From: an uncultured Chloroflexia bacterium | GTDB lineage: Bacteria; Chloroflexota; Dehalococcoidia; UBA2979 | DNA: 64,000 nucleotides | Reading direction: 5' to 3' | Assembly (NCBI GenBank): GCA_963728205.1 | Contig: CAVSIV010000001.1 | Location: 96,001 to 160,000 of the forward strand | Shown here: positions 11,301-20,136 of the stretch, piece after piece | Layout: each line of letters starts with the position of its first letter | Numbering within the stretch: position 1 is the stretch's first letter | The notes under the pieces: generated by a model | The model's input: only the letters and a program-made list of their open reading frames with translations | Database searches by the model: none | What the model was told of the DNA's origin: nothing | Program-made: the position numbers and the translations under genes

Positions 11301-12464
11301 AGCGTCGGCGACCCACGTCGTCGAGAACTCGAGGTCGACCGGGCCGGTCGCGCCGTCGAATCGGATCACCGGCGAACCCGTCGTGTGCTCACCGCGCAGC
11401 ACCGCGACGAGGAGCGAGCGCTGGTCCTGATGCGCGGCCTCAAGCAAGGCGCCGGGGCGCGCGAGGACGGCGTCTGGCGAGATCCCGAGCAGACGCTCGA
11501 CGGCGGGGGAGACGTAGTCGAACGCGATCTCCGCTCCGGCAGACACGGGCACAGCGGCGGCGATACGCGTGCGGAAGATCAGGCCGCCGGCACGCACCGC
11601 GAGCAGGCGCATGCGACCGCGGTCCTCCTTGAGCGCCGCGACCGCGCTCCGGTCGTCGACGGCGCAGGCCATCGCCTTCGCGACGGCGGAGAGCAGCACA
11701 CGCTCCTCGTCCAAGAACGGGCTCGACGTCTGTAGCGGTTGCACGGCGTAGGCAATCTCGATCGTGCCGACGGGCCCGTCCGCCGTCACGATCTCCTCGC
11801 GCTGCACCCAGGGCGTGACCGGGAAGGAGGCCGACTCGTAGACGCGGTCGCCGAGCGTGATCCGCGCGATCGTGAAGCGCGGTTCCTGCCACGCCGTCGG
11901 GAGCAGCTGGGCCAGCTGCTGCGCGAGCTCGTCGAGCGGCGCGGAGATGTTCGCGAGCATCGCCGTCACGCCGGCGAGCGCCCGGAGCTCCGTCAGGCGC
12001 TGGTCGAGCCGGCGGCCGACCGCGAGCGCGATCCGCTCCGCGTTGGTCTCGGCCGTGACGTCGCGCAGGATGACCACGACGTCGTTATCGGCCATCGGCA
12101 CGACGCGTGCCTCGCGCTCGAGTGCCTCGCCGCGCACCTCGATCGGGTACCGCGTCGTCTGCGTCCGCCCGCTCGAGCGCGCGAGACGAGCGGTTCGCTC
12201 GATGGCACCAGCGACATCCGCCGGGACGATGTCCGAGAGCCGGCGGCCGATGGTCTGCGATGGGAGGACGTAATGCGGCCAGGTCGCGGGCGCGATGTGC
12301 TCGCGGATCGCGCCGTCGGGGGTGAGGCGCAGCAGGACGTCGGGCGACCAGTCGCGTGCGGAGGTGAGGCGGTCGCCGGGTGGAGCGTCCGAGGTCACGG
12401 GGCGTCCTCTCGAGAGGCCCGCCCGCCCCTGTCTCGCGACGACCGGCGTCGCGAGCGTTGACAT
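8340..12464 (-). CDS. Multi-PAS/GAF diguanylate cyclase-phosphodiesterase (GGDEF-EAL)
   Basis: HDPLTRLPNR, DFDRFKDVNDSLGH, RIGGDEL, AEALVRW, ELTES, DDFGTGYASL, VAEGVE; several PAS/PAC repeats and a GAF domain; exact start uncertain. Confidence 0.93.
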   Translation of the reverse strand: MSTLATPVVARQGRAGLSRGRPVTSDAPPGDRLTSARDWSPDVLLRLTPDGAIREHIAPATWPHYVLPSQTIGRRLSDIVPADVAGAIERTARLARSSGRTQTTRYPIEVRGEALEREARVVPMADNDVVVILRDVTAETNAERIALAVGRRLDQRLTELRALAGVTAMLANISAPLDELAQQLAQLLPTAWQEPRFTIARITLGDRVYESASFPVTPWVQREEIVTADGPVGTIEIAYAVQPLQTSSPFLDEERVLLSAVAKAMACAVDDRSAVAALKEDRGRMRLLAVRAGGLIFRTRIAAAVPVSAGAEIAFDYVSPAVERLLGISPDAVLARPGALLEAAHQDQRSLLVAVLRGEHTTGSPVIRFDGATGPVDLEFSTTWVADAAGRPVAVEGAARDVTDHSGGADELKALRDVTGAMNDLLFTIDLDGRFVEFYGDPYPVLGLHLAEMQAFVGGSVADLSAAVSGPGTRDAHFEAFARARAGETAIYQWSATFPAGQRTFETRLSPVRDASGAVSMIVGVARDVSALVALQREHATAAESLRAISLATPLPVIVLDQESRVRLWNPAAESLLRVAAADVVGEPLPAFIRGAALARLRTAVERRERVVLEDVPAQTGDAERLTLRVSAAPLSVSSTDVGAVIIIEDVSEHRRRRLAYELLLDLGQRIFRGEPADRMLTMACEHLALLFDLPLVWVGMREPDGRVRVRASGGPEQAYLEDAEYRWDDTPAGRGPAGLAIRTGSPAAMSFDDPRYVPWRDASGRHGFTASLALPIMADVGEVAGVLKAYTRDPAGITPELITVLNVWGQRVGTALRFTADRERLQLQSEAMEAAANAIMVTDLDGHVEWVNGAFTAMTGYTLEEIVDAGADVLRSGEHPQDFFAELLREVQAGRTHRTTVVSRRKDGSLFTTDLTLAPVRDAHGAIRHLVSVQQDVTRERAAEDEVMWLARHDPLTRLPNRVVLRDRLEQAIARGRRTGDRVAVLFLDFDRFKDVNDSLGHSVGDSLLQLASERVRDALRTTDTLARIGGDELIVMLPDIAEGESAGLVANKVLESLRLPFIVEGRQIFMTASIGIAVCPDDGRDAEALIRNADAAMYAAKAAGRDVFRFFTPELSAAATARLTLGSELSLAVQSQQFEAYFQPIATVSARRVVGAEALVRWRHPERGLIGPADFLETAEETGRIIEIGREMLRQALDAVAMWMDAVGRSLVVSVNVSARQVRSGGFLDDVQAALAVAGTETRHLVLELTESDFIESAALEGTLFRSLRDLGVHLALDDFGTGYASLGYLRRLPLNYVKIAQEFMEGALTSDTDRAIARSIVDLGHRLGLTVVAEGVETEEQLAFLEEIGCDLFQGYLLSPPVPSADFPGLL

Positions 12465-12660
12465 CGAATTTCAGGTTATGCCCGATCGCCGGCAAGCGCG
12501 GACGGAGGCAATCCCGGTGTCGTCCGGCGGACGCTCCGGGGCGACGGCGCACGGAACGCCAGACGTCGGCCGCGCCGTCGCCCGCGGTGGGACGTGGTGT
12601 TGGCCCCCGCGCTTCGGCTCGGTGAGGGCGCGGACGCGTGTCGTCGCTACCGGGCGCGGA

Positions 12661-12820
12661 CTGCACACGGCAGTCATCGTTCCCGGGGGGCGCCGTGCGC
12701 GCATGAACGTTACCCAGAGCGGCGGCAGATGTGCCGCCGACAGAAGCGCGGCGCCAGCCGCGGACTGCGTCCGCGTCCTGTCGGCGGCATATCTGCCGCC
12801 GCTTAGACTTCCGACGAGGC
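12661..12820. repeat. REP family 1 full element (~160 bp MITE/REPIN-like)
   Basis: Conserved left flank CTGCACACGGCAGTC..GCGCATGAACGTTACCC, arms 12718-12743 and 12778-12803, right flank GACTTCCGACGAGG. Confidence 0.85.
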
Positions 12821-12886
12821 GCTGGCGCCTGCCGGCGCCTGATACTCTCCTCGCGCCCATCACGCTCGTAGCACCGGAGGACGCCC

Positions 12887-14101
12887 ATGCCCGGGCTTCG
12901 CGACCAGTACGCCATCGTCGGCATCGGGATGACCGAGTTCTCGCGCAACTCCGGGCGCACCACGCGCGCGCTCGGCGTGGAGGCGGTGCGCGCGGCCATC
13001 CTCGACGCCGGCCTCACCGCCGCCGACGTCGACGGGATGCTCTCCTACCACGGCAACGACTCCACCACGTCGCCGGTGATCGCCGGCGACCTCGGCATCC
13101 GGCTCGACTTCTACATGGACTGCTCGGGCGGCGGCTCGAGCACCGAGGCGCTCATCGGCCTCGCGATGGGCGCCATCGAGGTCGGCATGTGCAAGACCGT
13201 CGCCATCTTCCGCGCGATGAACGGCTACACCGAGGCGCGCATCGGCGGCACCGGCCGCCAGGCGCCGGTGTTCCGCGGCGGCTCGATCGAGGCCGGCATC
13301 CACGGGATGCACTCGGCGGCGCAGTCCTTCGCGCCGTCCTTCATGCGCCACATGTACGAGTACGGCACGACCAGCGAGCAGGTCGCGCACGTGAAGGTCG
13401 CGCACAGCCACCACGCGTCGAACAACCCGCGCGCGCTCTACAAGCAGCGGGTGACTGTCGACGACGTCGTCAACTCGCGCTGGATCACGAAGCCGCTGCA
13501 CCTGCTCGACTGCTGCGTCGAGACCGACAACGGCGTGGCGATCATCGTGACGAGCGCCGACCGCGCCCGCGACCTGCGCCGGCCGCCCGCGTACATCATG
13601 GGCGTGGCCGGGCGCGTGAATAAGGAGCAGCCCGGCGGCTACCACTGGACGCGCGGGCCGATCTCGCGCGTCGCCGGCGTCTACGCCGCGCCAATCGTCT
13701 TCGGCCAGGCCGGCATCGGCCCCGAGGACGTCGACGTCACCGGATCCTACGACGCCTTCACCTTCACGACGATGCTGCAGCTCGAGGCCTACGGCTTCTG
13801 CAAGGAGGGCGAGGGCGGCGACTACGTCTCCAGCGGCATCATCGAGCTCGGCGGCGCGCGCCCGAACAACACGCACGGCGGACACCTGTGCGAGGGCTAC
13901 ACGCACGGCATCGGCCACGTCGTCGAGAACGTCCGCCAGCTGCGCCACCAGGCCGACGACTCGTGTCCCGGCTGGGAGCGCGGCGAGCACACGTACAACT
14001 ACCGCGAGGGCGGTTGCCGCCAGGCGAAGGACGTCGAGGTCACGATGAACCTCGGCTGGGCGAGCCCGCCGACGGGCTCCGCGCTGATCATGCACAACTA
14101 G
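12887..14101 (+). CDS. Thiolase-family (SCP2/lipid-transfer-type) protein
   Basis: AIVGIGMTEF, HHASNNPRA, PLHLLDCCVETDNG, YDAFT, NTHGGHLCEGY; adjacent DUF35 gene. Confidence 0.9.
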   Translation: MPGLRDQYAIVGIGMTEFSRNSGRTTRALGVEAVRAAILDAGLTAADVDGMLSYHGNDSTTSPVIAGDLGIRLDFYMDCSGGGSSTEALIGLAMGAIEVGMCKTVAIFRAMNGYTEARIGGTGRQAPVFRGGSIEAGIHGMHSAAQSFAPSFMRHMYEYGTTSEQVAHVKVAHSHHASNNPRALYKQRVTVDDVVNSRWITKPLHLLDCCVETDNGVAIIVTSADRARDLRRPPAYIMGVAGRVNKEQPGGYHWTRGPISRVAGVYAAPIVFGQAGIGPEDVDVTGSYDAFTFTTMLQLEAYGFCKEGEGGDYVSSGIIELGGARPNNTHGGHLCEGYTHGIGHVVENVRQLRHQADDSCPGWERGEHTYNYREGGCRQAKDVEVTMNLGWASPPTGSALIMHN

Positions 14102-14220
14102 GCGCGCGGCAGGCGTCCGAGCGTGCCGTGCGCAGCGGCCGCCTCCCGTCGGCGTGAGGGTGCCACCTCACGGCGCGAGAGGCACCACGAGCCACGGCAG
14201 GCCCGAAGCCTGCCGCGCGC
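14102..14220. repeat. REP family 2 inverted doublet (no nested REPIN)
   Basis: GCGCGCGGCAGGCG...GTGCCGTG and inverted CACGGCAGGCCCGAAGCCTGCCGCGCGC. Confidence 0.7.
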
Positions 14221-14277
14221 CCACGGCGAACGCCGGGCGTACCGCCCGCCGGTCGCCATCACCACAAGGAGTCCCCC

Positions 14278-14775
14278 ATGTCCGAATACCTCGGCGTCCA
14301 GGTCGCGATCGCGGAGAACGACCCCGAGCACCGCGCGTTCCTCGAGGCCGCCGGCCGCGGCGAGCTCGTCCTCCAGCGCTGCGCCGACTGCGGGAAGCTG
14401 CGCTACCCGGTCGGCAACGCGTGCCCGTTCTGCATGTCGCTCGCGTCGGAGTGGGCGCCGGTGAGCGGGCGCGGTGCGATCTACTCGTACGAGATCGTCA
14501 CGCACGCGATCCATCCCGCGTTCCTGGTGCTCACCCCGTACCCGCTCGTGCTCGTCGAGCTCGACGAGCAGCGCGGCGTCCCCGGCGAGCACGACGCGCT
14601 GCGCGTGCTGTCGCTGCTCGTCGACGCCGACGGCCGGCCGGAGCAGGAGGAGCGCGTCGCGATCGGCGCGCGCGTGGCGGTGGAGTTCTGCGACCTCGGC
14701 GACGGCCTCGCGCTCCCGCGGTTCCGGTTGACCGACGAGGCGCCGGAGCACGCGCCGTGGCGGTACGAGGGCTAG
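14278..14775 (+). CDS. Zn-ribbon/OB-fold (DUF35) thiolase partner protein
   Basis: RBS AAGGAG; QRCADCG..YP..CPFC, GRGAIYSY, PYPLVLVELDE, IGARVAVEF. Confidence 0.92.
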   Translation: MSEYLGVQVAIAENDPEHRAFLEAAGRGELVLQRCADCGKLRYPVGNACPFCMSLASEWAPVSGRGAIYSYEIVTHAIHPAFLVLTPYPLVLVELDEQRGVPGEHDALRVLSLLVDADGRPEQEERVAIGARVAVEFCDLGDGLALPRFRLTDEAPEHAPWRYEG

Positions 14776-14777
14776 GG

Positions 14778-14891
14778 GCGCGCGGCAGGCTTCAGGCGTG
14801 CCGTGTCAATGGGGTGCTGCTGCAGCCCGAGGTGGCCGACTCTGGCCGGTGAGTCACTCGCGATCCACGGCAGGCCTGAAGCCTGCCGCGC
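14778..14891. repeat. REP family 2 inverted doublet between convergent genes
   Basis: GCGCGGCAGGCTTCAGGCGTGCCGTG ... CACGGCAGGCCTGAAGCCTGCCGCGC. Confidence 0.78.
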
Positions 14892-14894
14892 ACC

Positions 14895-16427
14895 TTAGAG
14901 CTCGACCCGCAGCATCGCGCCGGTCGCCGGCAGCCGGAGGCCGAAGAACGTCTGATCGCCGTTGAGGCGGCGGCGGGCGACCCAGGCACCGTCCTCGAAC
15001 GCCCCCTCCTCCACGACCGCGAACCGCGCCTCGCCGACGCCGGCATCCGTCGCGCGGAAGGTCACGCGTGCGTCGAAGCCGGCGACGAGGAACTCGCGCG
15101 GGCCGCGCCGTCCGAGCAGCGCGCGGCCGGTCTGCCCGGGCGTGCCGGTCGCGGCGAGGCCGCCGTACCCGGGCGCGAGCGGGCCGAACTCGACGAGCGC
15201 GTCGACGCCGTCGAACGACAGCAGCACGTTCGCCAGGTGCTGCTGCTCGACCGCCGCCCGCAGCGCGCCCGCCGCCTGGAGCCGCGCCAGCTCGGCGACC
15301 GCCGGCCGCAGCAGATGGAACGAGTCGCGCACCGCGAAGAGCCGCGGATCGAGCTCCGTCGAGCCGTCCGACCGGTCGACGCCGAAGGGCGCCCAGCCGA
15401 CCGCGCCGAAGTCGCCCAGCGCGTAGAAGAGGTAGCCGGCGAAGGGCGTCGTCCCGCCGGTCTCGGGGATGAGCAGCGCGTTGTCGGGGCGGGCGTACGC
15501 CGCGCACACCTCGCGGTACCCGACATAATCCAACACGTAGATGTCCGGCGCGATCACGTCGACGGCCGGCGCGGCGTGCTTCCAGAGGTCGAGCAGGTGC
15601 GAGACCGGCACGCCGCTCGGGTACTCGACGCCGGGCCGCATGAAGCCCTTGCGCTCCTTCAGCCAGGCGTTCACCGACAGCGGCACCGCGTGCTCGGCGC
15701 GCCCCGCCTCCGCGACGGCGTTCACGTAGCGCGCGACGTGGTAGGCCTGGAACGCCTCGCCGGCGGCGGCGCCGAGGAGCTCCGGCCAGCTCGCCCCCGC
15801 AGGCCGGCCCGGCGCGAGCAGGGCGGCGACCTCGGCCGGGACGGGCGCGCGGAAGGCGCGCTCGGCGTCCGAACCGTAGTCGCGGTCGGTGAACAGCGAG
15901 CCGGGCTCGTTCTCGACCTGCACCATGATCACGGTGCCGCGCTCGGCGTCGACCGCGCGCAGGTGGCGCATCAGCGCGGCGAAGGCGCGGGCGTCGGCAT
16001 CGCGCGTGGCGGCGGCGTGCGGGGAGAGGACGCGCACGGGGGCGCCGGCGGGGTCGCGCATCGGCGGGTAGGTGGCCGGGTCGTCCTTCACCCAGCGCGG
16101 CACGTAGTCGGCGACGCCGTTCTTCCAGGTGCCGAACCAGAGCAGGACGAGCCGCAGCCCGTGCGCGCGGGCGCCCGCCAGCGCGTGGTCGACGAGCGAG
16201 AAGTCGAATGCGCCCGGCGCCGGCTCGAGCTGCTCCCAGGAGACCGGCACCTCGGCGGTGTTCGCCCCGAGCGCGACGAGCTGCGGCCACGCGCGGTCGA
16301 GCGCCTCCGGCCAGGAGCTGGAGTTGTGGATCTGCGCGCCGAGGACGATGAACGGCTCGCCGTCCACGAGCAGCTGGTGGCGCGGCGGCGTGGCGCGGGG
16401 GTGGAGCGCGCGGAGTTCGGCGGTCAC
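14895..16427 (-). CDS. GH35/GH42-like glycoside hydrolase with DUF5597-type C-terminus
   Basis: LLVDGEPFIVLGAQIHNSS, WEQLEP..G.FDF, LLWFGTWKNG, MVQVENEPG, APDIY, IPET, RRLNGDQ. Confidence 0.85.
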   Translation of the reverse strand: MTAELRALHPRATPPRHQLLVDGEPFIVLGAQIHNSSSWPEALDRAWPQLVALGANTAEVPVSWEQLEPAPGAFDFSLVDHALAGARAHGLRLVLLWFGTWKNGVADYVPRWVKDDPATYPPMRDPAGAPVRVLSPHAAATRDADARAFAALMRHLRAVDAERGTVIMVQVENEPGSLFTDRDYGSDAERAFRAPVPAEVAALLAPGRPAGASWPELLGAAAGEAFQAYHVARYVNAVAEAGRAEHAVPLSVNAWLKERKGFMRPGVEYPSGVPVSHLLDLWKHAAPAVDVIAPDIYVLDYVGYREVCAAYARPDNALLIPETGGTTPFAGYLFYALGDFGAVGWAPFGVDRSDGSTELDPRLFAVRDSFHLLRPAVAELARLQAAGALRAAVEQQHLANVLLSFDGVDALVEFGPLAPGYGGLAATGTPGQTGRALLGRRGPREFLVAGFDARVTFRATDAGVGEARFAVVEEGAFEDGAWVARRRLNGDQTFFGLRLPATGAMLRVEL

Positions 16428-16441
16428 GCCGCGATCGTAGG

Positions 16442-16693
16442 CGCGCGGCGGGTTTCAGGCCCGCCGTGGCGAGGCGGAGCGGGGCCGGCCGCCACGGGGT
16501 CGCCACTGCACACGCTAGCCAGCATGCCCCTGGGGGGCGCCGCGCGCGCATGAACGCCACCCACAGCGGCGGCAGATATGCCGCCGACAGAAGCGCGGCG
16601 CCAGCCGCGATTCACAGAAGCGCGGCGCCAGCCGCGGACTGCGTCCGCGTCCTGTCGGCGGCATATCTGCCGCCGCTTTGACTTTCCGACGAG
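16442..16693. repeat. REP family 2 arm plus REP family 1 full element with an internal 27-bp-period duplication
   Basis: GCGCGGCGGGTTTCAGGCCCGCCGTG at 16442; family 1 element 16506-16693; ACAGAAGCGCGGCGCCAGCCGCG present twice (16587, 16614). Confidence 0.85.
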
Positions 16694-16794
16694 ACCCGAA
16701 GCCGACCCCGCGCCGGGCGCCCGTGCTTCGCCCTACCTTCGACCCTGCGCACGCGCCTCGACGCCTGCGATGCTACGCGCGGGAGGGTGGACCC

Positions 16795-18042
16795 GTGCTC
16801 GAGTCGGGGCTCGCGGGGACGGCGGCGCGGCTCGCGATCGCGCTCGGGATCGGGCTGCTGCTCGGCGCCGAGCGCGAGCGCCGCATGGCGCAGGAGCCGC
16901 ACCGCGGCAGCGCCGGCATCCGCACCTTCGCGCTCGTCGCGCTGCTCGGCGGCATCGCCGATCGCGTCGGCGGCACGCCCGTCGTCGCCGTCGCGCTCGC
17001 GCTCGTCGGCGCCGCCGCGCTGCTCGGCTACGCGCGCAGCGACCGCGAGGAGCGCGGCCTCACGAGCGAGGTCGCCCTGCTCGTGGCCTTCCTGCTCGGC
17101 GTGCTCGCGCAGGACGAGCCCGCGATCGCGTCCGCGCTCGCCGTCGCCGTGACGATCCTGCTGTCGGCGCGCACCTCGCTGCACCGCTTTGTGGCCTCCG
17201 TGCTCACCGACACCGAGGTCCACGACGCCCTCCTCTTCGCGGCCGCCGCCGTCGTCGTGCTACCGCTGCTGCCGGACCGCCGCGTCGGGCCCTTCGACGT
17301 CCTCAACCCCTTCGCGGTCTGGCGCCTGGTCGTGCTGCTGATGGCGATCAGCGGCGCCGGGTATGTCGCCACGCGGGCCATCGGCCCGCGCTTCGGGCTG
17401 CCGGTCGCGGGGCTCTTCGGCGGCTTCATCTCCAGCGCCGCGACGGTCGGCTCGATGGGCGGCGTCGCGCGCCGCGAACCCGGCCTGCTGCGCCCGGCGA
17501 TCTCGGCCGCGCTGCTGTCCTCGGTGGCGACGATGGTGCAGATGGCGGTCGTCGTCGGCGTGACGAGCGCCCCGGCGCTCGACGTCGTGGCCGCGCCGCT
17601 CGTCGCCGCCGGGACGGGCGCGCTCGCCTACGCCGCGCTCGCGACGCTGCGGCTGCGCGCGGGCGAGGTGGCGTCGCGGCCGCACGCCGGGCACGCGTTT
17701 CAGCTGCACTCGGCGGTCCTGCTCGCGCTCGTGATCACGGGCGTGACGGTCGCGGGCGCGGTGGCGGCCGAGGCGTTCGGCGCGCGCGGCGTCGCGGTGG
17801 CGGCGTTCGTCGCCGGGTTGGCCGACGCGCACTCGGCGGCCATCGCCGTGGCGTCGCTCGTCGCCGCGGGGCGCGTAGCGCCGTCGGCGGCCGCGCTGCC
17901 GATCCTGCTCGCGCTGACGTCGAACACGGTCAGCAAGCTGGCGTTCGCGTACGCAGCCGGCGGGCGGCGCTTCGCGGTGCCCGTGGGGGTGGGGTTGACG
18001 GTCGTGATCGCGCTCGCGTGGGGCGGGCTCGCGTTGCGGTAG
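16795..18042 (+). CDS. MgtC/SapB-family membrane protein with DUF4010 domain
   Basis: ALGIGLLLGAERE, AGIRTFAL, GLTSEVA, PLLPD..GPF..NP, GGFISSAAT, GLADAH; start GTG 16795 inferred after GGAGG. Confidence 0.88.
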   Translation: MLESGLAGTAARLAIALGIGLLLGAERERRMAQEPHRGSAGIRTFALVALLGGIADRVGGTPVVAVALALVGAAALLGYARSDREERGLTSEVALLVAFLLGVLAQDEPAIASALAVAVTILLSARTSLHRFVASVLTDTEVHDALLFAAAAVVVLPLLPDRRVGPFDVLNPFAVWRLVVLLMAISGAGYVATRAIGPRFGLPVAGLFGGFISSAATVGSMGGVARREPGLLRPAISAALLSSVATMVQMAVVVGVTSAPALDVVAAPLVAAGTGALAYAALATLRLRAGEVASRPHAGHAFQLHSAVLLALVITGVTVAGAVAAEAFGARGVAVAAFVAGLADAHSAAIAVASLVAAGRVAPSAAALPILLALTSNTVSKLAFAYAAGGRRFAVPVGVGLTVVIALAWGGLALR

Positions 18043-18147
18043 GGCCCGCGGCGGGTGGGCGGCGGGTGGCGGCGTCCACGGGGTGCGCGCGAGCGGCAGG
18101 CGGGACGCCTGCCGTGCGCCGGTGCGCCCGTGCGCCGGCGTGCCGGT

Positions 18148-18301
18148 GCGGAGCGCCGGTGCGTGGCCGTGCGGAGCGCCGGTGCGGGGCGTGCGGAGCG
18201 CCGGTGCGTGGCCGTGCGGAGCGCCGGTGCGTGGCCGCGCGGAGCGCCGGTGCGTGGCCGCGCGGAGCGCGCGGTGCGTGGCCGCGCGGAGCGCCGGTGC
18301 G
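18148..18301. repeat. ~23-bp minisatellite (about 7 units) between convergent genes
   Basis: Tandem GCGGAGCGCCGGTGCGTGGCCG(T/C) units without unique spacers. Confidence 0.85.
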
Positions 18302-18337
18302 AGGCGCCGCCGCGCGGCGCCGCCGCGCGAAGTCGGG

Positions 18338-20131
18338 CTACCGCCCCTGCGCGGTCGGTGTGTGGCGGCGCGGCAGGTGGATGCGCGCCGCGGGCCGTGC
18401 CGGCCGCCACCACGCGCCGCGCTCGCGACGTCCGATCACGACGTCGCGGCGGGCGAATCGCCACAGCGCCAGCGCGAACAGCGCGGCGGTGACGGCGATC
18501 AGCACCGCGACGCGTGCCGGGTCGAAGCCGTCGACCAGCACGTGCGACGCGTCGGCCCAGTAGAAGGGCGTCAGCCGGTCGGGGCCCGCGAGCCAGCCGA
18601 CCGTGAAGCTGAGCGTGTGCACGAGGTAGGCCGCGACCAGCGCCGCCGCGGTCGCCGTCGCCGCCGCGGAGCGGTCGGGCAGCGAGACGGCGGCGAGCAG
18701 CGCGAGCGCCAGGAAGAGCAGCGTCACGAGGATCGCCGGCACCAGCGCGGCGGCGAAGCGCGTGACCGCCATGTCCATGTCGGCAACCTGGCGCCCCAGC
18801 CAGAACCCGGGGAGCGCGGCGGCGAGCGCCAGCGCGAGCGCGACCGCGATCACGGCCGCCTTCACGACCAGCAGTCGCACGCGACCCACCGGCTGCGCGA
18901 GCAGCACGTCGAGCGTGCCGGCTCCTTCCTCGCCGGCGATCGCGCCCGTGCCGGCGAGGATCGCCATCGCGATCAGGATCAGCGGCGCGAACCCGAAGAA
19001 CTCGCCGGAAAGGAAGCCCTCCGGGCTCGCAAACGAACCGGCTTCGCCCAGCAATCCCTGCAGGGCGCCGGGGTACTCGAAGCCGGCGAGCGCGTCGCGG
19101 TACGCGGGGTAGAGCCCGACGAGCAGCAGCGCGAAGACGAACGCCGCGATCCCCGATGCGATGGCGGCGAGGCGCACGTCGCGCCACGTCTTGCGCGCAA
19201 CCCCGAGCCGGCCGGCGTACGCGCCGCCCAGCCGCGCGACGCCGCGGGGTCCCGCTCCGGCGGCCACCACCCCGGCCGCCGCGCCTCCGCCGCGCGGGTG
19301 CCGCAGCCGCGCCAGCCAGCCCCACCACGACACCGGCGCGCCGTTGCCCGTGGCGATCTCGCGTCGCTCGAACGCGCGCACCGCGAGCGCGACCAGCGCC
19401 CCGGCGAGCAGCAGCTCGCCCGCCGCGCGCAGCCAGTCGAAGCCGTCGATCAGGACGTGCGCGGCGTCCGACCAGTAGAACGGCGTCGCGCGGCGCGGTC
19501 CGTCGAGCAGCGGCACCGCGGTGCCGAGCATGAAGAGGAAGTAGAGCGCGACGACGACCGTGGACGCCGCGAGCGCCGCCCCGGCGCGGCTCGGCATCAC
19601 GGCGCCTGCCCACAGCGCGAACGCGAGGAACAGCACGACCAGCGGCACGCCGCTCAGCGTCACGGCGGCGAACCCGGCCGCGGAGATGTCGAGCCCGGCG
19701 TAGAGGTTCGCCAGCACGAACGCCGGCCACGCGAGCAGCATCGCGACCGTCAGCGCCAGCGCGATCCCCGCGCCCTTGCCGAGGAGCAGCCGCGCGCGCG
19801 AGACCGGCTGCGCGAGCAGCACGTCGAGCGTGCCGTCCCGCTCCTCGCTGGCGGTCGCCGCGCTGCCCACGATCACCGCGAGCACGGCGACGAGCATCAG
19901 CGTGTTCGTCCAGAACGCGGCGATGTAGCCCTCGGGCCGCGCGATCGAGCCGGCCTGGCCGAAGATGCCGCGCATCGCCTCGGGGTAGTCCATGTTCCCG
20001 AGCTCGCCGTACTGCGGGTAGACGGAGGTGTGCAGCGCGACGATCGCGACGACCGCGAGCCCGCCGGCGATCGCCACGCCGCGCGCGTCGCGCGCGCCCT
20101 TGCGGACCAGCGTGGCGAACTGGCCGCGCAT
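18338..20131 (-). CDS. ABC-2 type exporter permease, two fused permease domains
   Basis: Start MRGQFATLVRK; two copies of PEG(Y/F), EE..GTLDVLLAQPV.R.RLL..K, TPFYW.DA.HVL.DGFD, F.RR(E/D). Confidence 0.88.
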   Translation of the reverse strand: MRGQFATLVRKGARDARGVAIAGGLAVVAIVALHTSVYPQYGELGNMDYPEAMRGIFGQAGSIARPEGYIAAFWTNTLMLVAVLAVIVGSAATASEERDGTLDVLLAQPVSRARLLLGKGAGIALALTVAMLLAWPAFVLANLYAGLDISAAGFAAVTLSGVPLVVLFLAFALWAGAVMPSRAGAALAASTVVVALYFLFMLGTAVPLLDGPRRATPFYWSDAAHVLIDGFDWLRAAGELLLAGALVALAVRAFERREIATGNGAPVSWWGWLARLRHPRGGGAAAGVVAAGAGPRGVARLGGAYAGRLGVARKTWRDVRLAAIASGIAAFVFALLLVGLYPAYRDALAGFEYPGALQGLLGEAGSFASPEGFLSGEFFGFAPLILIAMAILAGTGAIAGEEGAGTLDVLLAQPVGRVRLLVVKAAVIAVALALALAAALPGFWLGRQVADMDMAVTRFAAALVPAILVTLLFLALALLAAVSLPDRSAAATATAAALVAAYLVHTLSFTVGWLAGPDRLTPFYWADASHVLVDGFDPARVAVLIAVTAALFALALWRFARRDVVIGRRERGAWWRPARPAARIHLPRRHTPTAQGR

Positions 20132-20136
20132 CGCCG

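Noticed and set aside
18148-18301. Possible CRISPR, or repeat-protein ORFs 18055..18492 and 18083..20155
   Set aside because: Simple 23-bp tandem repeat without spacers; the ORFs are Arg/Ala-rich shadows of the repeat and of the minus-strand permease.
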